Under the pieces are notes generated by a model that was not told the origin of the DNA, searched no databases, and worked only from the letters and a program-made list of their open reading frames with translations. Of a DNA stretch of 53,325 bases, positions 1 to 9,237 are shown piece by piece. Every line of letters starts with the position of its first letter. Positions within the stretch are counted from its first letter, which is position 1. Location of the stretch: positions 1 through 53,325 of the forward strand of contig CAXMOT010000099.1 of assembly GCA_964195105.1 (NCBI GenBank), read 5' to 3'. Both the position numbers and the translations under genes were made by a program. This DNA comes from an uncultured Gemmatimonadales bacterium. GTDB taxonomy: Bacteria > Pseudomonadota > Gammaproteobacteria > Pseudomonadales > IMCC2047.

Positions 1-887
1 ATGCATTGATCGCTGCCGGGGTGGCGAAAGTCGTCGTGGCAATGCAGGACCCCAATCCCTTGGTCGCTGGCCAGGGTTCGGCGCGCCTCGAAGCGGCGGG
101 CATCGAAGTTAGTGTCGGTGTACTGCAAGCCCAGGCCGAAGCGCTCAATCCCGGCTTTATCAAACGCATGACCTGCGGTTTACCCTATGTGCGACTCAAA
201 ATGGCGACCAGCCTCGATGGCCGCACCGCGATGGCGTCCGGCGAAAGCAAATGGATTACTGGTGCGGCGGCGCGCGCGGATGTACAGCGCTTGCGGGCGC
301 GCAGTTGTGCGGTGCTTACCGGCATTGGCACAGTTTTAGGCGATGATCCGTCGCTCACGGTGCGCGAGCAGCAACTAGGTTTGGAGAATGCGGCAGCGGT
401 GGCGCAACAACAGCCACTGAGGGTGGTACTGGATTCCGGGTTTCGCACGCCGCTAACCGCAAAGCTGCTCGAGCTTGATGGAGACACCCTGGTTATTGGT
501 GCGGCAGATGTGCCGGCAATGCATGCCCTGCAGCGTGGCGGCGCGCAAACCGCAGTGCTGCCTGCGCATACCCCTGGTACCGCCAAAAAAATTGATTTGG
601 CTGCCGCATTAAGATTGCTTGGCGAGCGCCAGTGCAATGAGGTGCTGGTAGAGGCTGGCGCAACGTTGGGCGGTGCGCTTCTGCAGGCAGGCCTGGTTGA
701 TGAGCTGGTTATTTACCAGGCGCCCATGATACTGGGGCATGATGCACGGCCACTGCTCGCCCTGCCAGGCGTGGAGCGGCTGTCGCAGCGCTTGCAACTG
801 GACATTAAAGAGGTGCGCAGCGTTGGAACAGACCTGCGGATTAATGCTATAGTCACGCCCCTTTCATCAGGCCAGCTCAAAAGTTAA
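1..887 (+). CDS. ribD: Riboflavin biosynthesis protein RibD (deaminase/reductase), 5'-truncated at the window edge
   Basis: The ORF is open to the window start (track 6..887). It carries the reductase signature PYVRLKMATSLDGRTA and is followed by ribE-ribH-nusB in the classical order. Confidence 0.9.
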   Translation, partial: ALIAAGVAKVVVAMQDPNPLVAGQGSARLEAAGIEVSVGVLQAQAEALNPGFIKRMTCGLPYVRLKMATSLDGRTAMASGESKWITGAAARADVQRLRARSCAVLTGIGTVLGDDPSLTVREQQLGLENAAAVAQQQPLRVVLDSGFRTPLTAKLLELDGDTLVIGAADVPAMHALQRGGAQTAVLPAHTPGTAKKIDLAAALRLLGERQCNEVLVEAGATLGGALLQAGLVDELVIYQAPMILGHDARPLLALPGVERLSQRLQLDIKEVRSVGTDLRINAIVTPLSSGQLKS

Positions 888-1547
888 ATGTTTACAGGAA
901 TTATCGAAGCAGTCGGGGAAATAGCGGCTTTGGTGCCCCAGGGTTCTGATACCCGGGTACGCGTCGTCACTGGCAGGCTTCCCCTGGATGACGTCAAATT
1001 AGGCGACAGTATTGCGGTCAACGGCGTGTGTTTAACTGCGGTTGAATTGCCTGGCGACGGTTTCTGGGCGGATGTTTCCGGTGAGACCATCAGTTGCACC
1101 AGCTTTAAATTCCTGGCTGTCGGTAATCGGGTCAACCTGGAGAAGGCGCTGCAGCCGACTTCACGGCTGGGCGGGCACATGGTGAGTGGTCATGTTGACG
1201 GATTGGGCGAGGTGCTCAGTCGCATGCCGGATGGGCGCTCGGAGCGTTGGGTATTGCGGGCGCCGGCGGAACAGGCGCGCTATATTGCCCAGAAGGGCTC
1301 CATTTGTATCGATGGCACCAGTCTCACCGTGAACGGGGTAAATGGCTGTGATTTTTATGTCAATATTGTCCCGCATACGCTCGCGGAGACCATTATTGGC
1401 GGATACCAGGTGGGTACGCAGGTCAATCTTGAGGTTGATCTGGTGGCGCGTTACCTGGAAAGATTATTATTGGGTGAGAAGGCGGCGCAGTCCGGTGCTG
1501 CGAGCGGCATTGATATGGCCGTGTTGCGGGACAACGGATTCGCCTGA
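888..1547 (+). CDS. ribE: Riboflavin synthase (alpha chain)
   Basis: N-terminus MFTGIIEAVGE is typical of the family, and the 219-aa length fits. The ATG directly abuts the ribD TAA. Confidence 0.93.
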   Translation: MFTGIIEAVGEIAALVPQGSDTRVRVVTGRLPLDDVKLGDSIAVNGVCLTAVELPGDGFWADVSGETISCTSFKFLAVGNRVNLEKALQPTSRLGGHMVSGHVDGLGEVLSRMPDGRSERWVLRAPAEQARYIAQKGSICIDGTSLTVNGVNGCDFYVNIVPHTLAETIIGGYQVGTQVNLEVDLVARYLERLLLGEKAAQSGAASGIDMAVLRDNGFA

Positions 1548-1613
1548 CGGGCGATTTTAGCAGGGTCGGCAGGATTTTCTGGCGATCGGAATTTTTGAAT
1601 AGTTGAGCGAATA

Positions 1614-2084
1614 ATGATTAAGACGATTGAGGGTGATTTTTCCGCCACTACGGCACGCTTTGCATTAGTGGTGGGACGTTTTAACAGTTTTGTGGTTGAG
1701 AGCCTGGTCGAGGGTGCCATCGACACGTTGAAGCGCCATGGCGTTGCGGAAGGCAACCTTACCCTGATTCGGGTGCCGGGTGCGTTTGAAATACCCCTGG
1801 CCGTGCACAAGGCGGCGAACTCCAAACAGTATGATGCGATTATCGCTCTGGGCGCGGTGATTCGTGGTGGTACGCCACACTTCGAGTATGTCGCCGGTGA
1901 GTGTGTGAAGGGGCTCGGGCAGGTGATGCTCAACACCGGGATTCCGGTCGCGTTTGGTGTGTTAACCGTAGACTCGATTGAGCAGGCCATTGAGCGTTCC
2001 GGAACCAAGGCCGGCAACAAGGGTGCAGAAGCAGCGCTTTCAGCACTGGAAATGGTCAGTCTGCTCCGCAATCTGGATAACTAG
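1614..2084 (+). CDS. ribH: 6,7-dimethyl-8-ribityllumazine synthase
   Basis: 156 aa, with [14 protein letters not shown] and GAFEIP motifs. It sits immediately upstream of nusB. Confidence 0.95.
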   Translation: MIKTIEGDFSATTARFALVVGRFNSFVVESLVEGAIDTLKRHGVAEGNLTLIRVPGAFEIPLAVHKAANSKQYDAIIALGAVIRGGTPHFEYVAGECVKGLGQVMLNTGIPVAFGVLTVDSIEQAIERSGTKAGNKGAEAALSALEMVSLLRNLDN

Positions 2085-2161
2085 TACTTTGTCCGCAATT
2101 TTCATGTAGACAGAGTACCCACTCGTGGTATTCGCAATTCGCACAGGTAAGGTTTTAAACA

Positions 2162-2605
2162 ATGGCAAACGCTAAATTCTCCCCGGGTGCGCGCAGGCGT
2201 GCTCGGCAACTCGCGGTCCAGGCCCTGTATCAATGGCAATTGGCTGGCGCATCCCTGGCCACGATAGAGCTGGAATTCCGCCAGGATAACGATATGGCGA
2301 AGGTGGATGGCGAATATTTCAGCGAATTATTGCACCAGGTCCCCGCCAGCTTGAGCGAACTGGATGAACACATCACGGGGTTCCTGGATCGAGACATGAC
2401 CGAGTTGACCCCGATCGAACTGACGATTCTGCGCATTGGTGCCTATGAAATGATTCGCAGAACCGATGTGCCCTATCGCGTCGTAATCAATGAAGGCGTT
2501 GATTTAGCGAAAAAGTTCGGCGCCACCGATGGTCACAAGTACGTCAACGGGGTGCTGGACAAACTCGCCCATAGTCTCCGCAGGCAAGAGACCGCGCCGA
2601 ATTAA
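2162..2605 (+). CDS. nusB: Transcription antitermination factor NusB
   Basis: 147 aa, [16 protein letters not shown]-terminal motif, conserved ribH-nusB-thiL order. Confidence 0.95.
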   Translation: MANAKFSPGARRRARQLAVQALYQWQLAGASLATIELEFRQDNDMAKVDGEYFSELLHQVPASLSELDEHITGFLDRDMTELTPIELTILRIGAYEMIRRTDVPYRVVINEGVDLAKKFGATDGHKYVNGVLDKLAHSLRRQETAPN

Positions 2606-2624
2606 GTGGTCCTGGATATCGCCC

Positions 2625-3614
2625 ATGAGCATATCTGAATTTGACCTGATCCAACGTTTTTTTGCCGACCAGGCGAGTTTTCCGGCCACGCGAGCCGACA
2701 TCAAGCTAGGTATCGGCGATGACGCGGCTATTATTGCGCCAACCCCAGGCATGGACCTGGTGGTCACGGTCGACACCCTGGTCTCGGGGGTACATTTTGA
2801 TCCGGCATTAGCGGCTGGCAAGATTGCACGCTTGAGCCTGGTGGCCAATCTTAGCGATTTGGCGGCAATGGGCGCGCAACCGGCGTGGTTTACCCTGGCG
2901 CTCACGTTGCCAACGTCCGAGTCCGCCTGGCTTGAGGCCTTTGCCAGGGGGCTGCGCGATACCGCCCGGCAATACCAAATCGCACTTATTGGTGGCGACA
3001 CCACAAAAGGTCCCCTCACTGTTACTATTCAGGCCCATGGTTACGTGCCAGCGGATACGGCGCTGCGTCGCGATGGCGCGCAGGTGGGAGATACTATTTG
3101 CGTGAGCGGTGATTTAGGCGGCCCTCGGGGTGGTCTGGAGTTGTGGCGATTGCAGCAGGCCGATGCCGATCACCCATTGCTCCGTAGCTGGCATAACCCG
3201 GAACCGCGACTGGCGCTGGGTCAGCGGTTGCTCGGCGTTGCCAGTGCCGCGCTGGATATTTCCGATGGCCTTGCGGCCGATTTAGGTCATATACTTAAGC
3301 GCAGTGGCAAGGGCGCCCTGGTGGAGCTTGCGTCACTGCCACTGCACCCGGCACTCAGCGAGTCGTTTCCGGTGGCCCGGGCGCGCGAGTATGCCCTGTG
3401 TGGAGGGGACGACTATGAACTGTGTTTTACTGTGCCCGCAGGGCAGGTCGCTGCTCTGGATTCAGTGGCGGCTAGCGCCGGCGTGACGATAACCGCGATT
3501 GGCGAGATCACGGCCGGGGGCGGGCTGCAGGTTCGCGATGAAACGGGTACCCCGGTCACATTTGCGGGCACCGGCTACCAACACTTTAGTGAGACTAGTA
3601 CTCCGTCAAGGTAG
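2625..3614 (+). CDS. thiL: Thiamine-monophosphate kinase
   Basis: The conserved ThiL N-terminus MSISEFDLIQRFF starts at ATG 2625. The track ORF start at 2529 would overlap nusB and is probably a spurious upstream extension. Confidence 0.9.
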   Translation: MSISEFDLIQRFFADQASFPATRADIKLGIGDDAAIIAPTPGMDLVVTVDTLVSGVHFDPALAAGKIARLSLVANLSDLAAMGAQPAWFTLALTLPTSESAWLEAFARGLRDTARQYQIALIGGDTTKGPLTVTIQAHGYVPADTALRRDGAQVGDTICVSGDLGGPRGGLELWRLQQADADHPLLRSWHNPEPRLALGQRLLGVASAALDISDGLAADLGHILKRSGKGALVELASLPLHPALSESFPVARAREYALCGGDDYELCFTVPAGQVAALDSVAASAGVTITAIGEITAGGGLQVRDETGTPVTFAGTGYQHFSETSTPSR

Positions 3615-3644
3615 TAGTGATGGAGTACTCCAATGACGGAGTAC
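3598..3644 (+). promoter_or_regulatory. Stem-loop spanning the thiL stop codon that pairs with the pgpA Shine-Dalgarno
   Basis: There is a perfect 11-bp inverted repeat, gtactccgtca (3598-3608) and tgacggagtac (3634-3644). The right arm contains GGAG (3638-3641), 7 nt before the pgpA ATG at 3649. An inner 10-bp palindrome ggagtactcc lies at 3622-3631. Confidence 0.5.
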
Positions 3645-3648
3645 CACA

Positions 3649-4140
3649 ATGAATAACGTACCCCCCAGCGTATGGCGCAATCCGACCCACTTCCTGGCGT
3701 TTGGTTTTGGTAGCGGCGCGGCACCCTTTGCGCCAGGCACCTTTGGCACCCTTGCGGCCATTCCCATCTACCTGTTGCTGCAGGACCTAAGCTGGTATAG
3801 CTATTTGCTGGTGGTCATTGTCGGGTTCGTCTGGGGCGTGTCCCTGTGTGGTCGCACCGCTGCCGATATCGGCGTACATGATCACTCCGGGATCGTTTGG
3901 GACGAATTCATTGGCTACCTGTTGACCATGTTTATGGCCCCGACGGGCTGGTTGTGGGTGGTGGTGGGCTTTTTGTTGTTTCGGGTGTTCGATATTTTAA
4001 AGCCCTGGCCGATTAATCGTCTCGATCGAGAGGTCCATGGTGGTCTGGGTATTATGCTGGACGATGTGCTGGCTGGCATCTTTGCCTGTGCGGGGTTGCA
4101 TGCGCTGGTATGGGCCGGACACAGGTTCGCACTGCTATAA
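3649..4140 (+). CDS. pgpA: Phosphatidylglycerophosphatase A
   Basis: 163-aa membrane protein with FGFGSG, PGTFGT and DILKPWP motifs. It occupies the thiL-pgpA position. Confidence 0.92.
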   Translation: MNNVPPSVWRNPTHFLAFGFGSGAAPFAPGTFGTLAAIPIYLLLQDLSWYSYLLVVIVGFVWGVSLCGRTAADIGVHDHSGIVWDEFIGYLLTMFMAPTGWLWVVVGFLLFRVFDILKPWPINRLDREVHGGLGIMLDDVLAGIFACAGLHALVWAGHRFALL

Positions 4141-4356
4141 TCCTGGAAACCTCAGTTGGATCACGAAAGTATGCACAACCTCTTGACGCACCTGGAAAAT
4201 TTGAAAAAGCTCCCATCACCAATAAGGTGGCTGAAAACCGCTCCTGCGTTTTCGGCATTTCCTACATCCCTACAGGTCACCATGAGTTTTCAAATTTCCC
4301 ATACACATCAATATGTTGCACATCTTATTCACGCCTAACTGAGGTTTCCAGGATAA
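4138..4356. mobile_element. MITE-like element, family A, long form (core 4141-4353, 213 bp) with TAA target duplication
   Basis: Perfect 16-bp terminal inverted repeats cctggaaacctcagtt (4142-4157) and aactgaggtttccagg (4337-4352). Direct TAA copies lie at 4138-4140 and 4354-4356. Three related copies occur elsewhere in the window. Confidence 0.8.
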
Positions 4357-4390
4357 TCAGGCACTAAGGGTATATAGGGGTACAAAAGGT

Positions 4391-5065
4391 ATGACAGGTA
4401 TGAAAGCGCGACTGCTTGGAGTTCCGCTGGCGATCGGCCTGCTACTGGCTATCCTGGCGGCGCCGTTGGTGGCCGCTTCGCTCGCGCCGGGGGATGTCCG
4501 GGTCGTCGGGCTGTTCAAGGGTAGCGCGGTAATCATGGTGCAGGGCAAGCAGCGTCTGCTTAAAGAGGGCCAGCGCTCGGCTGAGGGCGTGCTACTCGTC
4601 AGGGCGTCTGCGCACGCCGCAACCCTGGAGGTAGCGGGAGAAGAATATGAAGTCGCGCTCAGTCGTGCTCTTGGCAGTTATCAGAAACCCAGCCAAACAT
4701 CGACAATAATCGCGATCAACCCGGCGGGCCAGTACCTCACCCAGGGCAGTATTAATGGCCAGCCGGTCGAATTCCTGGTCGATACCGGTGCCACCGCAAT
4801 AGCAATGAACACCCGCAGTGCGCGGCGCCTGGGTATAGACTTTGCAGCAGGCAAGCTCGGGATGGTCAGCACTGCCGGCGGCATGGTGAAATCCTACGGC
4901 GTGATGCTCGATACGGTAAAAGTGGGCGATATTGAAGTGAAACATGTGCGTGCAGCAGTCCTGGAGGGGGTTTACCCTACCCACTTGCTGCTGGGGATGA
5001 CCTTCCTGGGTAAGGTGAAGATCGTTGAAAACGCCGGGATGATGGAGCTCACCAGGAAATATTGA
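4391..5065 (+). CDS. Retropepsin-like (clan AA, TIGR02281-type) aspartic protease with N-terminal membrane anchor
   Basis: The active-site motif FLVDTGATAIAMN is present, along with a hydrophobic N-terminal segment. 224 aa. Confidence 0.8.
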   Translation: MTGMKARLLGVPLAIGLLLAILAAPLVAASLAPGDVRVVGLFKGSAVIMVQGKQRLLKEGQRSAEGVLLVRASAHAATLEVAGEEYEVALSRALGSYQKPSQTSTIIAINPAGQYLTQGSINGQPVEFLVDTGATAIAMNTRSARRLGIDFAAGKLGMVSTAGGMVKSYGVMLDTVKVGDIEVKHVRAAVLEGVYPTHLLLGMTFLGKVKIVENAGMMELTRKY

Positions 5066-5174
5066 GATCGTGTGTCGCGGGGCCGGACTCGCTTTTCCGT
5101 GTCCACTGCTGTTAAAATCACCGCCCGTCCCCGCCGCTTGGCAATAATCAGGGCGGCAATAACCAGAGGTACCA

Positions 5175-5774
5175 GTGTCCACAGCTTATATTGCATCAGC
5201 GAAACTACCCACGCAGTGGGCAGCGTTTGATATCCACGGATTTGAAGATTCGGTAACCGGTAAAGAGCACGTCGCGTTGACGCTGGGTGATGTCAGCGAT
5301 GCTGCGCCGGTGCTGGCGCGGGTGCACTCGGAATGCTTGACCGGTGATGCGCTGTTCAGTTTGCGTTGTGACTGCGGTCACCAGTTGCATGCAGCGATGC
5401 AGCGCATTGCTACAGAGGGGCGTGGCGTGATTCTGTACCTTCGCCAGGAAGGGCGAGGCATCGGATTATCAAATAAGATCAAGGCCTACCAGCTGCAGGA
5501 CAAGGGTGCAGATACAGTGGAAGCCAACGAGCAGTTGGGCTTCGGTGCGGATATGCGCGATTACAGTATGTGCCAGGATATGTTGAAGCACCTCGGTGTC
5601 AGCCGCGTGCGTTTGATGACTAATAATCCGGTGAAGGTCGGCGCCCTGGAAAACTTCGGTATTGAAGTCGTTGAACGCATTCCCCTGAATACCGGTGAGA
5701 ATCCCCACAACGTTCATTACCTGCAGACCAAGGCAGGCAAGTTAGGGCACCTGTTTGAGCAGCCTGATAACTGA
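5175..5774 (+). CDS. ribA: GTP cyclohydrolase II
   Basis: [23 protein letters not shown] zinc/active-site motif. 199 aa, GTG start. Confidence 0.93.
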   Translation: MSTAYIASAKLPTQWAAFDIHGFEDSVTGKEHVALTLGDVSDAAPVLARVHSECLTGDALFSLRCDCGHQLHAAMQRIATEGRGVILYLRQEGRGIGLSNKIKAYQLQDKGADTVEANEQLGFGADMRDYSMCQDMLKHLGVSRVRLMTNNPVKVGALENFGIEVVERIPLNTGENPHNVHYLQTKAGKLGHLFEQPDN

Positions 5775-5791
5775 TTGAGAGCCTGGCGGGC

Positions 5792-7723
5792 TTAGGATTT
5801 TTCTGCAGCTTTGATATGATTTTTGGCGTCGGCGCGATCATCCAGGGCAGTGAGTCGCTGCTTGATGGATGCTTCAATTGCCGCGCTATCCAGCCCGGCC
5901 TCATGCAATTGTTCTTCGGGCTTGCCGTGTTCGATGAATTCATCGGGTAGGCCCAGGTTAAGCACCGGCGTATTATAGCCGGCTGCCAGCAGTACTTCAT
6001 TGACGGCTGATCCGGCACCGCCCATGATGCTATTTTCCTCAAGCGTTACCAGCAGTTCATGCTGATCAGCCATCTCCAGCACCAGTTCCTCATCAAGCGG
6101 CTTGATAAAGCGCATGTTTGCCACGGTTGCGCCGATATTTTCGGCGACTTCAAGCGCGGGTGTAACCATTGAGCCGAAGGCAAGGATAGCGACGCGCTTG
6201 CCGCTTGCTAATTGCTCGGCCTTGCCTATCGGGAGGGCCTTCATTTGCGTTTCAATAACGGCGCCGGGACCCTTGCCGCGGGGGTAGCGCACCGCCGCAG
6301 GGCCTTTATGTATAAAACCGGTATACAGCATCTGGCGGGCTTCGTTTTCATCGGCGGGCGCCATCACCACCATGTTGGGAATGCAGCGCAAAAAGGTGAA
6401 GTCGAAGCTGCCTGCGTGGGTGGGTCCGTCCTGGCCGACTAGCCCGGCCCGGTCTATCGCAAACAGGACATCCAGTTCCTGTATGGCAACATCGTGAATC
6501 AGCTGGTCGTAGGCGCGCTGTAAAAAGGTGGAGTAAATCGCAACCACCGGCTTCGATCCCTCACAGGCAAAACCTGCGGCGAGAGTGACGGCATGCTGTT
6601 CCGCAATCGCGACATCATGGTAACGCTCCGGAAACCGTTGGGCGAAGTCAATCAGGTCCGAGCCTTCTGCCATGGCGGGCGTAATACCGACCAGGCGTTC
6701 ATCCTGGTCGGCCATATCGCATAACCACTGGCCAAATACATTGGAATATTTTGGTTGTGCGGGCTTTGGCGACGCCAGTGTCACGGACGGCTTGGGTTCC
6801 AGCTTGTTAATCGCATGGTAGCCGACCGGGTCAGCTTCGGCAGGACTAAAGCCCTTGCCCTTGCGCGTTATAATATGCAGCATTTGGGGGCCAGGCAATT
6901 GCATCATATTGCCAATCGTGCCGAGCAGCGCTTCCATGTCGTGGCCATCGATCGGCCCGATATAGTTGAATCCCAATTCTTCGAACAGGGTGCCCGGCAC
7001 CACCATCCCCTTCATGTGCTCTTCGGTTTTACGCACCAGGTCGACCGCGCCGGGAAGGTTTTCGAGGACTTTTTTGCCGCCCTGGCGAACGTTCTGGTAC
7101 AGCTTGCTCGAGAGAATCTTCGCCAGGTAAGTAGACAGCCCGCCCACATTGTGTGAGATGGACATGTCGTTATCATTCAGGATCACCAGCAAATTCGCAC
7201 CGGTGTGGGCTGCGTGATTGAGTGCTTCGAAGGCCATGCCGGCGGTCAGTGCGCCATCACCGATGACCGCAACTACCTTGCGCGGGTTAGCCTGTTGCCT
7301 GGCTGCCAGGGCCATGCCCAGTGCGGCACTGATGGAAGTGCTGGAATGGCCGACACCAAAGGCGTCAAATTCGCTTTCGGCCCGATTCGGGAATGCTGCC
7401 AGGCCATCCTTCTGGCGGATGCTGGTCATCTGGTCGCGCCGGCCAGTCAGGATTTTGTGGGGGTATGCCTGGTGGCCGACGTCCCACAACAGTCGATCTT
7501 CCGGTGTATTGTAGAGGAAGTGCAGTGCCACGGTTAACTCAACGACGCCCAGGCCGGCACCAAAATGACCGCCGGATTGGCCCACGCAGTAGAGCAGGAA
7601 TTCCCTGAGTTCGGCTGCGAGCTGTGGTAACTGTTCTGCGTCTAATTTACGCAGGTCCTGCGGCACATGAATAGTGTCCAGCAGTTGGGTTTGCGGCCGG
7701 GCCCGCGGGATATCGTTTATCAT
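5792..7723 (-). CDS. dxs: 1-deoxy-D-xylulose-5-phosphate synthase
   Basis: 643 aa with [14 protein letters not shown] and the TPP-binding [15 protein letters not shown] motif. It follows ispA-xseB as in many gammaproteobacteria. Confidence 0.96.
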   Translation of the reverse strand: MINDIPRARPQTQLLDTIHVPQDLRKLDAEQLPQLAAELREFLLYCVGQSGGHFGAGLGVVELTVALHFLYNTPEDRLLWDVGHQAYPHKILTGRRDQMTSIRQKDGLAAFPNRAESEFDAFGVGHSSTSISAALGMALAARQQANPRKVVAVIGDGALTAGMAFEALNHAAHTGANLLVILNDNDMSISHNVGGLSTYLAKILSSKLYQNVRQGGKKVLENLPGAVDLVRKTEEHMKGMVVPGTLFEELGFNYIGPIDGHDMEALLGTIGNMMQLPGPQMLHIITRKGKGFSPAEADPVGYHAINKLEPKPSVTLASPKPAQPKYSNVFGQWLCDMADQDERLVGITPAMAEGSDLIDFAQRFPERYHDVAIAEQHAVTLAAGFACEGSKPVVAIYSTFLQRAYDQLIHDVAIQELDVLFAIDRAGLVGQDGPTHAGSFDFTFLRCIPNMVVMAPADENEARQMLYTGFIHKGPAAVRYPRGKGPGAVIETQMKALPIGKAEQLASGKRVAILAFGSMVTPALEVAENIGATVANMRFIKPLDEELVLEMADQHELLVTLEENSIMGGAGSAVNEVLLAAGYNTPVLNLGLPDEFIEHGKPEEQLHEAGLDSAAIEASIKQRLTALDDRADAKNHIKAAEKS

Positions 7724-7761
7724 GGATTATTTAGTTTAATACCAAGCCATCGAGCGGCCAA

Positions 7762-7820
7762 TTATCCTGGAAACCTTAGTTGTGCAGACTTTCGTGATCC
7801 AATTGAGGATTCTAGGATTA
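7762..7820. mobile_element. MITE-like element, family A, short hairpin form (core 7765-7817, 53 bp) with TTA target duplication
   Basis: Arms cctggaaaccttagttg and caattgaggattctagg flank a 17-nt loop gtgcagactttcgtgat. That loop is the reverse complement of the subterminal sequence of the 4141 copy. Direct TTA copies lie at 7762-7764 and 7818-7820. Confidence 0.75.
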
Positions 7821-7845
7821 TACACAAGAGCACATCCAATGACCG

Positions 7846-8736
7846 CTAATTGTTGCGCTCCACAATATAGCTGGACAGGTCCCGCAACACATCTGCCTCC
7901 GGGCCGAACGGTAACAGCGCCTCGATGGCGCTGTGGTGCTGTGTGAGAGCCAGTTCGCGGGCCGCTTCGAGGCCCAGAATCGATGTATAGGTCGCCTTGT
8001 TCAGGGCCTGGTCAGACCCCTGTGGCTTGCCCAGCGTCTGTGTGTCACCCTCCACATCGAGTATGTCGTCCTTGATCTGGAATGCCAGCCCGACTGCCGC
8101 GGAATACGTCTTTAATGCGCTCAATTGCTCCGGGGTAGCTCGATCACTGGCCAGCGCGCCGAGCATAACGCTGGCGCTGATCAGGGCGCCGGTCTTCAGC
8201 CGATGCATGTGCTCGAGTTCCCGCAGTGACAGGATTTTGCCGGTGCTGGTGAGGTCGACGGCCTGGCCTGCCGCCATTCCGGCGGCGCCGCTTGCATGTG
8301 CCAGTTCGCGTACCATGGCCAGTTGGTTGGTAGTCGCTACGGGCGAGAGCGTCTCGGCAATCAGGACCTCGAAGGCCATGGCCTGCATCGCATCGCCGGC
8401 CAGGATCGCGGTAGCCTCGTCAAAGGCGATATGGCAGGTAGGCTTGCCGCGACGCAGGTCGTCATCATCCATGGAGGGCAGGTCATCGTGGATAAGCGAA
8501 TAGGCGTGAATGAGTTCGACTGCGCAGGCCGCGTTGTCGCACATCTGCAGCGGACAATTGAGGGTTTGGGCGGTTGCATACAGCAATATTGGTCGCACTC
8601 GTTTGCCGCCGTTGAACACGCCATACCTGATCGCCTCGCACAGGCGCGAGGCCGGGGAGTTTACTGCAGGAAGGCGTTGCTCCAGCGCAGCGTCAACACG
8701 CTGTTGGCATTGCAGGATAAAATCTTTGATCTGCAC
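7846..8736 (-). CDS. ispA: Farnesyl-diphosphate (geranyltranstransferase) synthase
   Basis: Both aspartate-rich motifs are present (LIHDDLPSMDDDDLRRGKPT and FQIKDDILD). 296 aa. Confidence 0.94.
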   Translation of the reverse strand: MQIKDFILQCQQRVDAALEQRLPAVNSPASRLCEAIRYGVFNGGKRVRPILLYATAQTLNCPLQMCDNAACAVELIHAYSLIHDDLPSMDDDDLRRGKPTCHIAFDEATAILAGDAMQAMAFEVLIAETLSPVATTNQLAMVRELAHASGAAGMAAGQAVDLTSTGKILSLRELEHMHRLKTGALISASVMLGALASDRATPEQLSALKTYSAAVGLAFQIKDDILDVEGDTQTLGKPQGSDQALNKATYTSILGLEAARELALTQHHSAIEALLPFGPEADVLRDLSSYIVERNN

Positions 8737-8973
8737 TCAGGATTCCGGCTCGAAGGGTACTAGCAGGGTTTCGTCCTGCTCCGCTATCAGCTTGTTGACT
8801 TTTTGCTCCGCCTTGGCCAGCTTCACCTGGCATTCGCGGGTTAGCTTTATGCCTTGTTCAAAGGCCTGTAGAGATTCTTCCAGGGACAGCTTGCCGCTCT
8901 CCATGCGCTCGACCAGCTGCTCCAGGTCCCGAAGCGACTGCTCGAAATTATAGTTGTCGCTATTGTTTGTCAT
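8737..8973 (-). CDS. xseB: Exodeoxyribonuclease VII small subunit
   Basis: 78 aa with the [26 protein letters not shown] motif. It directly abuts the ispA start. Confidence 0.93.
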   Translation of the reverse strand: MTNNSDNYNFEQSLRDLEQLVERMESGKLSLEESLQAFEQGIKLTRECQVKLAKAEQKVNKLIAEQDETLLVPFEPES

Positions 8974-9237
8974 GTCAGGAACCCCGGCTGCGAATAAACT
9001 GCAAGTTTACGGCATAAATTGATTGGGTCAATTGCCAATGTGGAGCGAAATTCTGTTATCGTTCACGCGCGCTGAGCGTAAACATTGCCCGAGTCGGTTC
9101 ACAAATGTACCGCCTCGGCTCGGCTTGAAAAGGGGCCGGCAGAAAATCGGTCGACTAGCTCCCCTTCAGGTTAACCGTGACCGACCGATATAGTAAAAGC
9201 AATTCGTAAAAGTAATTTGTGAAAGCAGGAGTATAAA

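Noticed and set aside
1548-1613. Looked for an FMN (RFN) riboswitch upstream of ribH and ribA, TPP elements near thiL, and a cobalamin-like AGGGAA core in the 53003 element.
   Set aside because: None of the conserved riboswitch cores I can recall are present. The AGGGAAC at 53003 is part of a long perfect helix, not a B12-box context.
2081-2088. The octamer CTAGTACT (or its complement) occurs 5 times (2081, 3595, 11660 as the complement, 22495, 46182), mostly at or near gene ends.
   Set aside because: That is only about 3-fold over a rough expectation of about 1.5. Two of the hits are explained by TAG stop codons, and there is no consistent flanking structure. This is too weak to call a motif without genome-wide statistics.
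2529-2624. Upstream extensions of the track ORFs for thiL (2529) and thyA (44722).
   Set aside because: Both extensions overlap the preceding gene (nusB and lgt) and add non-conserved residues. The conserved N-termini begin at 2625 (ATG) and 44959 (GTG).
4110-4367. ORFs 4110..4367(+) and 4156..4338(+) between pgpA and the protease gene.
   Set aside because: They lie within the family-A MITE, have no SD, and their translations are not protein-like. The MITE explains the sequence better.
4972-5196. 74-aa minus-strand ORF whose N-terminus looks like a TM helix followed by KRRGR ([24 protein letters not shown]).
   Set aside because: It overlaps the 3' end of the protease gene by 94 nt and the ribA start by 22 nt, and has no recognisable SD. 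I cannot exclude a real small membrane protein, but the evidence is only compositional.
9171-9192. FliA (sigma-28)-like -10 box (accgatat) upstream of pomA.
   Set aside because: The only TTAA/TAAA-like -35 candidate is about 9-10 nt upstream rather than the roughly 15 nt required, so the spacing does not fit the consensus.
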